Source: Lingula anatina
Taxonomy: Eukaryota > Animalia > Brachiopoda
Assembly (NCBI GenBank): GCA_051362555.1
Contig: CM120649.1
Location: 13,826,001-13,890,000 of the forward strand
Length of the DNA: 64,000 nt
Reading direction: 5' to 3'
In this document: positions 38,180-51,600 of the stretch, piece after piece
Position numbering within the stretch: position 1 is the first letter of the stretch
Layout: the number at the start of each line of letters is the position of its first letter
Made by a program: the position numbers and the translations under genes
The notes under the pieces: generated by a model
Databases searched by the model: none
What the model was told of the DNA's origin: nothing
Seen by the model: the letters and a program-made list of their open reading frames with translations, nothing else

Positions 38180-41100
38180 ATCAGAAATCACAGCATGGAT
38201 TGACTTATTATATTCTAAGTTAGGCCAATGAGGGAGCGACCTTTTAGTGATTGCATTCTGACTTGATATTTAGCAGCAGGTAGCTTGTTCTTCCAGTTTG
38301 CAGTTTTGTAAGGTTTTGTCCTAAATGTCAGACTATATATCACATTCCCTGGCTGCTAATTTGATAACCAGTTTTTCCCTGTCTGTTCATTTGTAACGGA
38401 CTTGATTTCATGCTCTTGTCACTATTGTATATAGATGTTACCAGTTATGCTGAATCGGATGTAATTGGTTTTTGGCTGTCTGTCTGTGTGTAATTGGCTA
38501 GATTTGATATTTTTGTCAGTTTATATTTTTCATCTCAAGTCAATAATATATAGTTGATATACAGCAATTACTCGATCTATTCAATGGGAGAAAAGTGTAA
38601 ATTTTTCAGATGCTGTATTTTTAAGTAATAATTTCTTCAAATTGGAACATACGTATTGAGTGGTGGGTACAAAATTAACAAGCAGGCTACTCTATAATTC
38701 TGTTCTATACAGGAAAAGCACCGCAAAGTGCTATATAGACACTCTACTTTTCAGAATTTTTGATCAAATTGTTTTGAAATTGCAAACAAATACTATAATA
38801 ATATCACTGGAGATACATGTAAGTAGTGCCACAAATCTTATGTACTCTTGATATGTTCTCAGCTATGTTTGTAAATAGACTTAATAGAACCTAGCTGAGT
38901 CTGCTGATCAGGCTCGGTATAGGGCGTATTTCCATACAAACTGGAACGGCTTAACTGAGTATGCACCACAACCTGACATTTTACACTTGTCTCATTTGGA
39001 GCAGGGGTAAATGGGCGGGGCAATGAGGATTGTGTTTAATCTCTAATGGTGAAAATTGATCACATGCTCCTTTGTCAATTATTATAGAAATTGGTAGGAC
39101 AACATAGGGATAAGAATGGTTCGTTATGGTTGAAAATTGATGGGACTTCAGAGGGATTAGTTTGGCTTTTTATTTTTAGAAAGTTAAATTAAGTGGTCCT
39201 TAGTCCAATTTTATGGAGGCAACAGATGGATTTGTCTGGCCCATTGAAGTTAAAAATTAATCCTGTTCGCTTGGTCTTCATTAAATAATTAATTTAAACA
39301 GTTACAAACTAAACTAGAAATGCACCGTAGCATGCCTGTAGATGTATTTTGATTGATACCTGGGCAGGCTGGTTTTAGACATTTTATGTGTTTACCTGTA
39401 ACTGTGAGAGAGCATTAAGGCACTATGATTTGTGGAGGTAAGGTAATTACTCAATAAATTTAAATGGAATGGGGTAATAACTTTCCCCAAATAGTATTGT
39501 TAGTTATACTTTAAAGATGATGGCTTTAAAACATTGAAAAGTTGCATTTTTTATTATAATTATTAATTGTAAGCACATTTTTGGGGCTTTGTTGAAAATG
39601 ATAGATCTTGGGAGGTGGGATATTAAAAATGATGAAGTGTTTGAAAATGTAAAGTAATTACAGTATACAGAAAAACATGATAAGATCAGAGCTTGAACAC
39701 AGTATTTACTTACTGGACTGATGAGACAGGGTCTGATTCAGTTAAATTTTCTGTAGTGAATGAATAATCAAGAAAACAAACATTATTTGAAGATAATGTA
39801 TAGGTAGACAGTTTTTTTAATTTATTTGTCTAATTATTTATTATTTTTGTTTTACTTAATTTTTTCAAAGGGTATATTTAGAATAACTTAATTTTGTTCA
39901 CATCATTACACAAGCTTTTAAACTAGAAAGGTGAAAGGTCAGTTTAAAATTCTTGATGCAGATTATCTTAACAGGTGCAAATTCTTATCTTTAATGTAAC
40001 ATCTGGAGCTTAAAGCTAAATTATAATAGTTTACACATTTAACTGACATTTGTCTTTTTAATTCCAGATTAAGCTGGAGCATTATTACCAGATTCTCAGG
40101 GAAAATGGTAAGTCTGTTCTTACTAAAATAAATAGTTATTTTTTTCTCACAAGTTGAAATTCATTAATTAAACATTAATAATAGCCACTGTAAATAATAC
40201 AGGATGATCAGCCATTTTTGTCCTAAATATGCAGGCTGTTATACCAGCATATATACTGTAAGTCATAATTTGTTTTTACATAGGAACGATACTTTCAGAT
40301 CTAGAAAGTACGTTATAGTAAAGGTCCGGTTTATACAAGGCCGTTAAATGCAAGACATGTACAAGACAAAGTACTGTACAACACACTTTGAGCAGCCAGA
40401 TAATATATGTTAAAATAATTTCTGAATCAATGAGTAATCAGTGTTGCTTCTTGGCAGGGTTGATTCCCAGGCAGACCAGGGACAAAGGAGGAGGAGATGA
40501 TGACAGACCAGTAGAAGACACTTTGCCTGTGGATGGTAAGTGAACACCAGAGTGGCGGAACGTTTTTCATTAATGAGTGTCTTGCTTGAGTCATCCAGTA
40601 GAATTAGAATCAAGAATGTATATCTAATAAATTCTGGAATTTACATGGAAAAATTCAACAACTAACCTGTCTTTCTCTGACCTTAGTCAGTAAGTGGATG
40701 TACTGTTGAAAAACATTTTTATTTCAGATGACACAGACAAGGAGCAGTCATCTTCAGCCAGCACCAAGCCACTGCCCTTGCCAGGTCCAGTAAAACCAGC
40801 TGTGGGATCATCAGTGGAACTGAAAAACCCTAAGACCAAAAATATTTCAAAAGCTCCTCTTGTACCACCTGTACCTTTACCAGTGCTGCCATCTACCGGA
40901 GAGCATGTGGTGCCACCTATGGCGAAAAAAGACGAGGATGCAGATGATGAAGAGATGGAGTCATTTTTCTTCAGTCTGATGCCTCCAATATCTCCACTTC
41001 CTGGATCTCCTTGTGTAATGGTGAGAGCTTTCATGTTTTTAAACAAATGAATTAATATTTTTATGATTTTGATTTACAAACAGAGCAACAGTAATATTTT

Positions 41101-44100
41101 ATAATGTTTATAATCAGAGGGCGCATTTGAAGGTCAATGGTTGGCCCTTGTCCATTTATTTAAGTTGATAAAGAAAATCTCACATAGCTGTGACAAAGCA
41201 ACAAGTTTTCCATGTAGCATTTTTCACGAAAAAAAAAAGAAAAAAAAACTTCTGAGGTATAGTGTCTGAATTACAACACAATCAGCCCTGCTGGAATGCC
41301 TTACATTTCACATGTGGCATATTTTTAAAATTTTTATTTAATATGTGATCCTAGGTATGTTGGTGGAATTACTTAATATGCTTCATATAATAAATATAAT
41401 GGTTATATTTTGGTTTGGACATTTGAAATAATGAGTCACTAAAACTACAATCAGATACTGTAATGAAGAATATAAAATATTGTCATATACTGGCTTTGAA
41501 ATATGATCTGTTGTTTCATTTAAGTTTCATGAGTTATTATGTTATAATAAAGAATTTTCTTTCTCCAGGGTCCAGTGGGTCATATCTCTACTTTAGACTC
41601 CAGCTCAGATGATGAGAGTTGTGGTGAAGAGAATTGTGATGGAGGCAGCGAAAGTGAATCCCTAGCTGAAATTGCCAGCAAGATAGAAACAGAGTTCAAG
41701 GACACTCTGAAAAATTCTCCTTGTCGACCAACCCCACTTCAGTTATCTTCACCACCAAATCACCACCTCAGACGGTCACCTAGGCTACAGTCTCCTCAGC
41801 AACAGTCTCCTAGGCAACTGTCTCCAAGGAAACCTGGTCCACGTAGACTGGGTAGTTTGGTGAAGTTGCTAGGCAGCAGCATGGAGTCTTCCATTGAAAG
41901 TCCAGCAGTAATGAGTAGCAGTGCCCCATTTCCCTTTGCTCATTATACTGAGGGGGAGGTACCTGTTAAGGTAACTGCTTCTCAGAGCCTTGCCACCGAG
42001 GAAAAGGTTCTGCAGGAGGATTTGATGGTCTCGTCATCCTCGTCTGATGAGGAGGATGGGATTGGGGCTTCTGCCACAGGAAGCAAAGTGGATGATATTC
42101 CTCAGAATGAGAATGTTAAAGAGGATGTTGCTGTGACAGTGGATGATAAATGTGCCGTTGCAAAAAGCATGGATACTGATTGTGTTGATAATTCTGTGAA
42201 AGAACATTGTGGGAAAGAAACCTCCAAATTTGGTGATGGTGATGAAGAAAGTATTATGAAAAAAGAGTACAGTATTGATAAACATAACAAAGTAGACCCA
42301 AGTATGAAAAACACTGAAAAAACAACAGAGAAAATGTTGAATAAAACAATAAATAGACCTCTTTCTTCATCTCCAACAAAAATCCTGAGGACTAAAAGGA
42401 AGCACAGCATAACTGAGGTTGAAAAAGATACCATTAACAAAGTTTCAGCACTCTCAGACTCAGAATCCGATGTTAGTGAACACAGCACATTTTCCCGAAC
42501 ACCAGATGGAAATATTAAAAGAATCACCAGACAGTCCTCAAAGTCTGAAGAAGTGGAAGACATTGATCTGCACACCAGTAGAGGGCGCAGGAGAACAAGA
42601 AGTACCTGCAGTAGTAGCAGCAGTGTGGACCTCTTCAAAGAACCTGTGCAACCCGTGAAAAAGGGAAAGTTGTTGCAAAGTGTGGACAAAGAGTGCACAT
42701 CACCTGTTACGCCAACAAGGCGTCGTACAAGATCATATGAAAGTCATAGTCAAGATGAAGATTCTCTACCAGATAATAACCCTTCTATAAAACAGACCAG
42801 AACAAGGGCTAAATCTGAGAGTGAAAACCCTAACCAGAATTCTTTAATGTCAGATACACCCACTTTGAGTCTTACCGGGTTAGAAACAAGAGTTGAATCC
42901 CATGGTAAAGAAACTGTGCCTCGAATTACCACCAGAAAACCTCTCACAAGGTCAGCAAAGGCTTTTGAATCTCAGAGTGATAATGAGATTATAATGAGGA
43001 AAGAAACAAGGGTAGGAACCAGAAGAATAACTAGGTCAATGAGTGCACCAGAGGATGGTCCTAATACATCTCCATTAAAAGAATTAACTGATGCAAGCAG
43101 TGTATCGCTCTTTGTAGACAAAAGTGCCAAAGTGTTGGATAGTTCTGGAACTGAAAAGGAGAGAATTCCAACATCTGAGAGCAATGTAGCAATGAGGTTG
43201 AGGAAAAGACCGTTGGTGTCAGCTGCAAGTAAGGAAGATGAAGACGTCACACCAAAGCGCAGGTTGAGATCACATGATACACTCAGCCAATCAGATGATG
43301 ATATGAAAAGTTCTAAGATGGATAAAGATCCATTATTGATGAAACCTCTTAGACAAAACACTGACTCTGAATGTGCAATTGTAAGTAATAACTTGGAAAT
43401 AAAATGCCCTGGTAGTGATGATGATAAGAAATTGACAGTTTTGGACAATACTGAAAAGACAGAAAAAGCAGTTGCTTTGAGAAATAGTTCCATGGAGTCT
43501 CCAGCTAAGAAGATGAAAACTCTCCACAGGCAGGCCAGTGTAGGTGATCCAGTTCCAAAACCAGCAGAAGTAGTGGCTGCAGAAAAGGTATTGGTTTTAC
43601 ATTTTGATAAAACAAAAAGATTGCTTTTTTATAGACTTTTGTTTCAAAAATATGATCCATTCTTGTTCTCTGATAGAATATTTTTGGTTGACATTTCTGT
43701 TTTGGTTATTTGAGGCCAAAGCATTTAAATACAGAAAAATACATTTTAAAGATTTATATTATTTATTTTGATATGCAAAGTAAGAAAATATGCCTCTTTA
43801 TCATATAGGCCACATCTGACCACCAGGGGGCCCCACCAGGCAAGGAAGCAGAATCAGACAAACAGTTTTTATCAGCAGAAAAGACAGACTTTATTTCTGA
43901 GGATTTATTGAAGTCTCGTAGAATAACAAGGACACAAATAAAAACTGTTGAGAGGACAAAGTCAAGGCACCAAACTGTGAATGGAAGTGAAGGATCTTAC
44001 TCTATTTTACAGGGTGATGAAGATTCCAACAAACAGTCCATGAGAGATGTTGGTGGTACACATGATGATGATATATCAAAACCAGAAACTGGATTGAATA

Positions 44101-46142
44101 CCAAAACTACTGATTCAGATCCTAATTCAGAAACTGTTCAAGCTGTTACACTTTCAAGCAGTTTAACTTCTCTCTGCTCCCAGGCTGTTGGCATGGCAAG
44201 TTCTGTAATTCAGAAGTTAACCTACGTCCCTTCAACTACTGGCCAGGTCTTTCAACAGCCACCTTCCATAGTTCGGGTCAGTCAGTCCGCAGTGACTGTG
44301 GTATCCCCAGAGACCAGCGGTATTCCGGCCACGGGGTCAGTGGTGTCCAGTAGGTCCAGCACCCCCAGTGTGGCGTCCTCGGTGTCGGTGTCACATATCT
44401 CTGCTGGCAGAGACTCTCCAGTGTCACCATTACATGGATCACCAATTCACATGTCACCCGTGGCAGAGAGAATGTCACCAGTGCAGAGTGACAGGGAGGG
44501 GGAGAGGGAGGAGATTTCGCCTCTGTCACCACTTCCACCGTCTCCTACTCAACAGGGGGAGCCACTGTCCCCACTTCCTTCTTCACCTACGGATGAACCT
44601 GTGGATGTGCCTCAACTGTCTGCGGCATTGAATCCCCCATCCACAGGTGCAGAGCCAGAAAGATCAGCATCAGTATCGAGTCAGGACAATTTGGAGGCTT
44701 TCATGCGTTCTTTGAGAGAACCCTTGCTGTCGCCACTCCGCAGTGCACTAACACCGCTCCCAGTGCCAATTTCACCACTGCCACAGACGCCAAAACCACA
44801 CAGATTGGTGGCAGGGAGGAAAATCCAGGTGCACAAGTCTCCTTGTAATTTTCACTCTCAGGTCCCCCCTGGGGCTGTACAGGTGAAACCCAAACATCCT
44901 GAAACTCTGCCACAGCAGACGTCTAACACAAACGACTCATGTAGAGATAGAACAAAGGTTATTTTGACAGAAATGGGAAGTGGTGCAATGAGCTCACAGG
45001 CAGCAGCCCTGCAGATTTTGAGGAACCAGTCAAAATCTCAAGAAACTGAGTGCTGCAAGGATGCTCTGAGATCAACCAATCAAGGACACGTTCAAGCAAA
45101 CCGGAAAATGTCTGATTTGAGGTCCAGGTTAAAGCAGATGAACAAGGATAGTCATGCTTTCAAACCCCGAGTGCAGCATACGTCTGCCATGTTGGACCCC
45201 AAAACTGATATGCCTGGACAATCAGGGTCGTCATCTATTGGAGGTCAAGGTCATGAGTTGAGGTCAAATGGGCCACAAGTGTCTGTAAGTGAAAATGCAC
45301 AGATAGAGGCAGTGGGAGAAGGAACAGATTGCTTGGGAAAGAATAAGAGAAAAAAGCGTAAGGCAAAGCAAAGGAAAAAGAAAGTAAATGATCTGGCAGC
45401 AGGTGATGGGGACAAAGCAGAAGAGATTTCAGTGGAACCTAAGACCACAAAACCAGAGGCAGGTTCTCAAAAACTTTCTGAACTGCAAGAAAAAGTGGTG
45501 CCACATAAACCCAAAGTGCTGCAGAGACACGAAACACAGAAGCAATTAGAAGTTACAGTCCAGGAGTGTTTTACATGCTACCTGAAGATTAAGAAACCCA
45601 ACAAAAGTAAGTGTTAGAAAATAAGGTTAATTACTGAAAGTCAGTGAAGCTGCTGTAAAATGGTCAGTTTGAAAAAAAAAAGATACAGTGTTATTTGTCA
45701 ATTTATGCTTCAGAGGTTTTATTTTGAAGATTGGGACAGTAATAGCATGCTTTCTGAACTAGAATCTTGTGCATGTGTTACAAGGCACTGGAATTGCATT
45801 TCAATTGACAAATGCCTTGTTACCCTTACAGCAAAGTGTTCTATATGTTAAGCAAGTTGTCTGATTGCTGGAGTAATATTTTACAATTACTTAATGAATG
45901 GTCTCTTTGTATCATCTTAGTTAACCATTAATTTTTTTACAGGAGCAGACATTATCTGTCAGGACATCCTTTCCTCTCCGCGCTCACCACATATTCTGGC
46001 AAATGTACTGTTGAAGGCCACACTTACATGGGGGGCTGCCAGTTTTACTGCAAGGGCAATGATTGACAGGTTACTAAAGGTGAGTTTGATGTGGGTCTGG
46101 TTCAAGGACATTTTTTTATTATTATTTTCATTTACTTAATAT

Positions 46143-46173
<31 letters not shown>

Positions 46174-48565
46174 TTATTTTGCGGGGTATTTTTTATATTA
46201 AAGTTATGTTTTTATTTTATTTATTTTTATTTTTTGCATGTTATTAATTTCTTATTTATTCATCAAGAACAAAGGTATGATATACAGTCCAAAGCGAATT
46301 CAGTAATTATACACTATACAGAAGTATTTATGTTAACAATCGACTTAATTGTTGCTTTAATGCCACTGTTTTCTTTCTGAATTTGATAAAATTGATGCAA
46401 AGATTTTCTTCTTCCTATCTCCAGCACCTAGAGAAAAAAGAGTCTGACATGACATCCCAGCTTTATGGCCATTGTGTCTTGGGAAGACCTCAAACTGAGC
46501 CTGTCTTGGCCACCTATGAACAGAGAACTCTCGAGCTGCTGTCGGTGCTGCATAAAAAAGACTACGTGGTTAGTGATCAGCACCATATTTGTATATAGTT
46601 CTTTGCACATCACATAGTAAAGCTGTGATAGGATCATACTGTGAACTTCTTCATCACCTTCAAGTTGAAACGTGTCTAATGAACATGTTGCATGATATCC
46701 CCATTTTCTCTTTTCCTTTCAGGTCAATTTCAGTTAAAGTTGTTATTTTGATAGTACATAATGTTCCATAATTTGTATTCTGTACTTTGTACTGACATAC
46801 TTAATATGTAAATTTTAATGATCAAAGTATATGTTGGTTTGGAAGCCCTTATGTTTTGCTTTATTGTATGGGAAAAATTGACAAAAAATTGATTGTTGGG
46901 TCAATCTACTGGCTTTGTCACTCTTGTTTCTCATTAACAAAAAAATCGACTTCTTTGTGATTAGGAATCTGAATGCCCTTGCATATTTATTCATTTATTT
47001 AACAAAAATTCTTCTTGTTGTTTATTTTGCTGCATTTGTTTTATCTCATATATTTACTTACTTTTTTGCTAGGGTAATGTATCCATATAAAAATACTATT
47101 TCATAATTGTAATCATGATGATAATGGTTTTACTTGATTCCAGAATGACCTTCTTGGCCATGTGTCCAGCCTGGTATTGAAGGTGCTAATGTCAAAGAGT
47201 GGTCTCAGTCTGTCACAGAGACTAGGGCTAGTGTGAGTACATGGGAACTCTTTCCCTTTTTCTGATAAAAACTGTACAGTCAGCTTGTTATACATGGAAG
47301 ATTTTCACTTAATTTCTTTTAAATAGTTTTAAGATTCACTTATTTTAATTCATTATCACATTCACACAGGATAATGGAATACTTGTCTAGTCAGATAGAG
47401 TATTTATTTATTTATTTTTAATTAATTATTTATTTATTATAAAATGTTTTTAAGATGCACACATAATAACTGAGTTGTTTCAGCTTCATTCAGTCGATCA
47501 TGCCTGTTACTTTACAGCCGGGTATACACTGCCCTGTGTCGTATACAAGGTAATATGGAGTCCGCCAGAGTCTGGCTGTACTGGTGTATGTATAACAACA
47601 CCCCAGGGTCCAGTACTGTGGCAGTGACCATGGCTGGAGTTTGGCCACACCTACTGACCAAGGCAGAGAAAGGTCAGTATATTTGTATATTACTTTTGTG
47701 TGAATGATGTTATGTACATATAACAATACTTCATAGGTCTCTGAGGCACATGTAGTGACCACGGCGTGAGTTTGAACAGGCATATTGACCATCCTTCAGT
47801 GTCTGCCTGTTAATTTATGTGTATATTGCCATTCCACATCAGCTAGCTATATAGTTTACCCTGAGAGAAGTAATAGATATAATGAATTAATTGAACAAAA
47901 TAAGAAATTCAAATAATTTTTTTTAAGTTTATTGTTAATAAATATAAGTTATCTGTGTACATGAGCTCATTCACATCAGCAACTCAACATTAGACCAAGA
48001 CCAGCACTACTCTGAAATGTCACTCTTGATAATAACTTTATTTCTGCAAACATTTGCACAATTTACATATCTATTTGAATGCTGTGTCAGAAATACAAAC
48101 ATGATTACAGAAGGACCCTATTTACAGCATTACACAAAAAACGTAATGAATCACGCGGGTAATTGTTATAATTATTCACTGAGAATTTTTTCCTTTATCC
48201 TCATATTGCTTACATATTGATAAATATTTCTTTTTTTACAAATTATTCCCATGCTGTAGGATTATGCCACTGACTTGTAATCAGACAATTAAGGCAGTTA
48301 TATACAGCTGATCCATTTATGCAAAAGAGTTTTAACTTTCGGGCCATTTGGAGACCAATTGCAGATCAAGCACAAAAAAGTTTTGGCAGAAAAAAATTTA
48401 TCTACTTGGTCACAGTCTCACTAGCATATAGCAGGCCCGTAGCCAGGGGGGTTCGGGGGCTTCGAAAAAACCGCCCTTTTTGCTGGGAAAAGGTCCACTC
48501 TGGGTAAAATCATCTAGGTACATGAAGTTTTTATGGGAAAAGGTCCACTTTTTCAAAAAACGAAC

Positions 48566-48605
<40 letters not shown>

Positions 48606-51600
48606 ATATATATATATATACATACACACACACTCATCAGTTGGTTATATTAATGACATATATATGAATGCACAATGTAATGGTTACATTTCTTTGAAGT
48701 GATACACATATATATAAATGCTAGCTAGACATGTCTTAATATGTTTCTCTAAGTTGATGGGCATATCAACAGTCATTGAATGTCTTTGTCTTGAATGTCT
48801 TTGTGATATGTTTCACTAGTCAACATACTTGTAGATAACAACTTGCCCATCTTTTCGGCCATGTACTAAACCATTCCTGTTCACAGCAATATGCCCCCCC
48901 TCAAATGGTAGTTTAAATATCTGTTTGAGCTCCATGTTATTGTCCAAAACAGCAAGCTCAGTTTCCGCTGAAGACTGCCCCACTAAAATCAAGATATGCC
49001 CATAGATATCTATAGCAACATCTCTTATACTCTTGCCTGTGCCTAGTAGTCTTTCCACATTTATTTCATATATTAATTGTACACCATCTGGTGCAAATAC
49101 CACAACATTTGTTGAATTGAAACAGAAAATGTTATAATCTGGTGGATTGATGTAAAGACTAACTTTCTTTTCATTTGATGTAGAGCCTATTTTTGGAATG
49201 CACCTTAAAAGTTGGGGTACTGTTTTAATCTCAAAAATCATGACTTTATCTCCTTCTTCTGGATATATGTAAATACAACCTTGCATGTCCACTGCAAGAC
49301 TACAAGGCCTACCCAGATTATCTCTCTTAATCACAGTGGAAATTTCTTCCTCTAAAAAACACCACCTCTTAACACAACACTCATCAATGACAAGTATGTC
49401 ACCATGAGGTAAAACTGCCATGTCTTTGGGTTTGTGGAACCCTGTAATTACCTTGTTTGGTTCACCTTGTTCTGAGAAAACTTCAACCTTCCCCTCCTTC
49501 AGAACATAGACCTTGGTACTGCTGGCTATAATTCTTTTTATTTCATCATGTCTAGCATGCAGTGGTTTAATTGTCCCAACTGCTGTCAGTTTTTCCGCCA
49601 GTTTCTTTTCTATTTTCAATTCCCCCAACATCCTCTTTACTTGTGTATCAACATCCACCTCTGGTAGTGTTATTCTGGCCACACACCTAGAAATGATTGG
49701 AGTCACCCTGTCACTTGGTTCCAGGTGTTGAACTGTATGGGCATTGAGCATCATTTCAACATCTGTTGGTTGTTCTAACAAGCTGTCATACATCTTTTTT
49801 ACCTGTTTTGCTTTATCTTCTTGTTCTTGAAGCATTTTCTGTTTGTGATCTATTTCATGTAATTCTGTATAGTGAATCTTTTGTATTCTATCGCATAACC
49901 AATCGCGTCTTCTCTCAATGGCTGTTTTAAATTTTTCTGCTAGTTCAATGATTAGTGCTTCTTGACGTTTGGTCTCAGTCTCAATTTCTGCTTTCTTCTC
50001 CTGCAATTCAGAAATTTCATTTTGAATGTCATGCAGTGTCTTATCTTGGGAATCGGCCATTTCTTGAAAACATTCTCTTCTCTCTTGTGCAGCCTCTTCT
50101 ATGTTCACATAGTCATGACCTTTGTGTTGTTTCACCAGACATGTACTACATATTACTTCATTTTCTGTTTTGCAATACAGTTCTAGAAGTTTTTTTGGGT
50201 GACGTTTACAACAGATAGCTCTCTCATCAGCCACTTTGATACTGTTGACAAAATCTGTCATTCTCTTGAAGGGCACATCTTCTGCAAATGCGTTAAAACC
50301 CCCTTCTGGCACATTGATAATAGTTCTGCATATGGGACACTTCAGCCAAGTCTTTCCATCTGCAATTTTTGGTAGACAAGGAAGACAAAAATGATGTCTG
50401 CATGGTAGTCTACGTGTGCTTATATTTTCTTCCAAACAGACGCTGCATTTTAAGAATTCCTTGATGAATTTCTCCTTTAAGGTCTGATGACTTGTCATTT
50501 TTAAAGTCTGCGAAGTCTCTTGGATTTACCTTTTAGAGATGTCTCTTGAACTACGAAAGTGCCAAATCACCTGCTTTTTATATCATATCTACCTGCAGCA
50601 TGGGTTATTCCTTTGGAAAGTCCCTGTGCAAAAACGGATTATTTTAGACTAATCAAAGCAACCAATGGGTTTGCTGTTAAGCAACAACGTAAACATGGCC
50701 TGAAACAAGTTAAGGTCTGTGGGAAAAACCAGTGTAGGATTGCCTTTTTATGTACAGACACAGATGTGTCTGTACATATTGCCATCACCTGCGTCTGTCG
50801 TCGCCGTCGTCGCCGATGCCGATGCCGTCGCCGATGCCGTCGCCGATGCCGGCGCCGTGCACTTTCAGCGTTAACACGATAAGTGGAAGAAAGTTTTACT
50901 TTTTGGCTTTATATTTACAGAGCTGATGAATATTCATAAAACCCAGGTCAAGTTCGAAAATCAGCATGATCGAGCCATTATTGTAGAAGTTATGCTGTTT
51001 TTTCACTTTTCAGCATATATACAACACTGTTAACACATTTCAAGGAAAACCGATAGGCCTGTTGTCATGAAACTCACAGGAGCAATCAATCTTACTAAAA
51101 CGCAGGTCAAGTTCGAAAATCGGCACGATCGGGCCACTATTTTAGTAGTTATGCTGTTTTTTCACTTTTTAGCATATATGCAACACTGTAAACACAATAT
51201 AAGAAAAACAGATAGGCCAATTGTCATTTAAACTCACAGGAGTGGTTAATCTTACTAAAATGCAGGTTGAGTTTGAAAATTAGCATAATTGGGCCATTAT
51301 TTTAGAAGTTATGCTGTTTTTTCACATTTCCTTAGATTCAGTTCTAAGGCATGTTAACAGTTTCATTATTTAATTAATAAGAAATGTAAAAGTGTTTGTT
51401 TGACATTTTCTGCATCTTTACAACATTGTTAGTTGATTTCGTAAAAATGATGGTAAACTTGTTCTGGTGTATTGTGTAATAAAGTGTCAAAAATGGAATT
51501 AAACTCATATCATTGCAGTTTGTCAGATTCAATTATTCAGTATGTTTAGAAACTCAGAATGGAAGAAATTGGACATTTAACACTATTCTATTAATATTTT

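Noticed and set aside
42034-45448. Antisense and alternative-frame ORFs over the large ICE1 exons
   Set aside because: Shadow ORFs of real coding sequence with no recognisable domains.
41575-45617. Two large ORFs as separate genes
   Set aside because: Both are internal low-complexity exons of ICE1, bounded by splice sites.
50559-50882. Arg-rich ORF (RRRRRCRCRRR)
   Set aside because: Translation of the microsatellite at the 5' end of the Helentron-type element.
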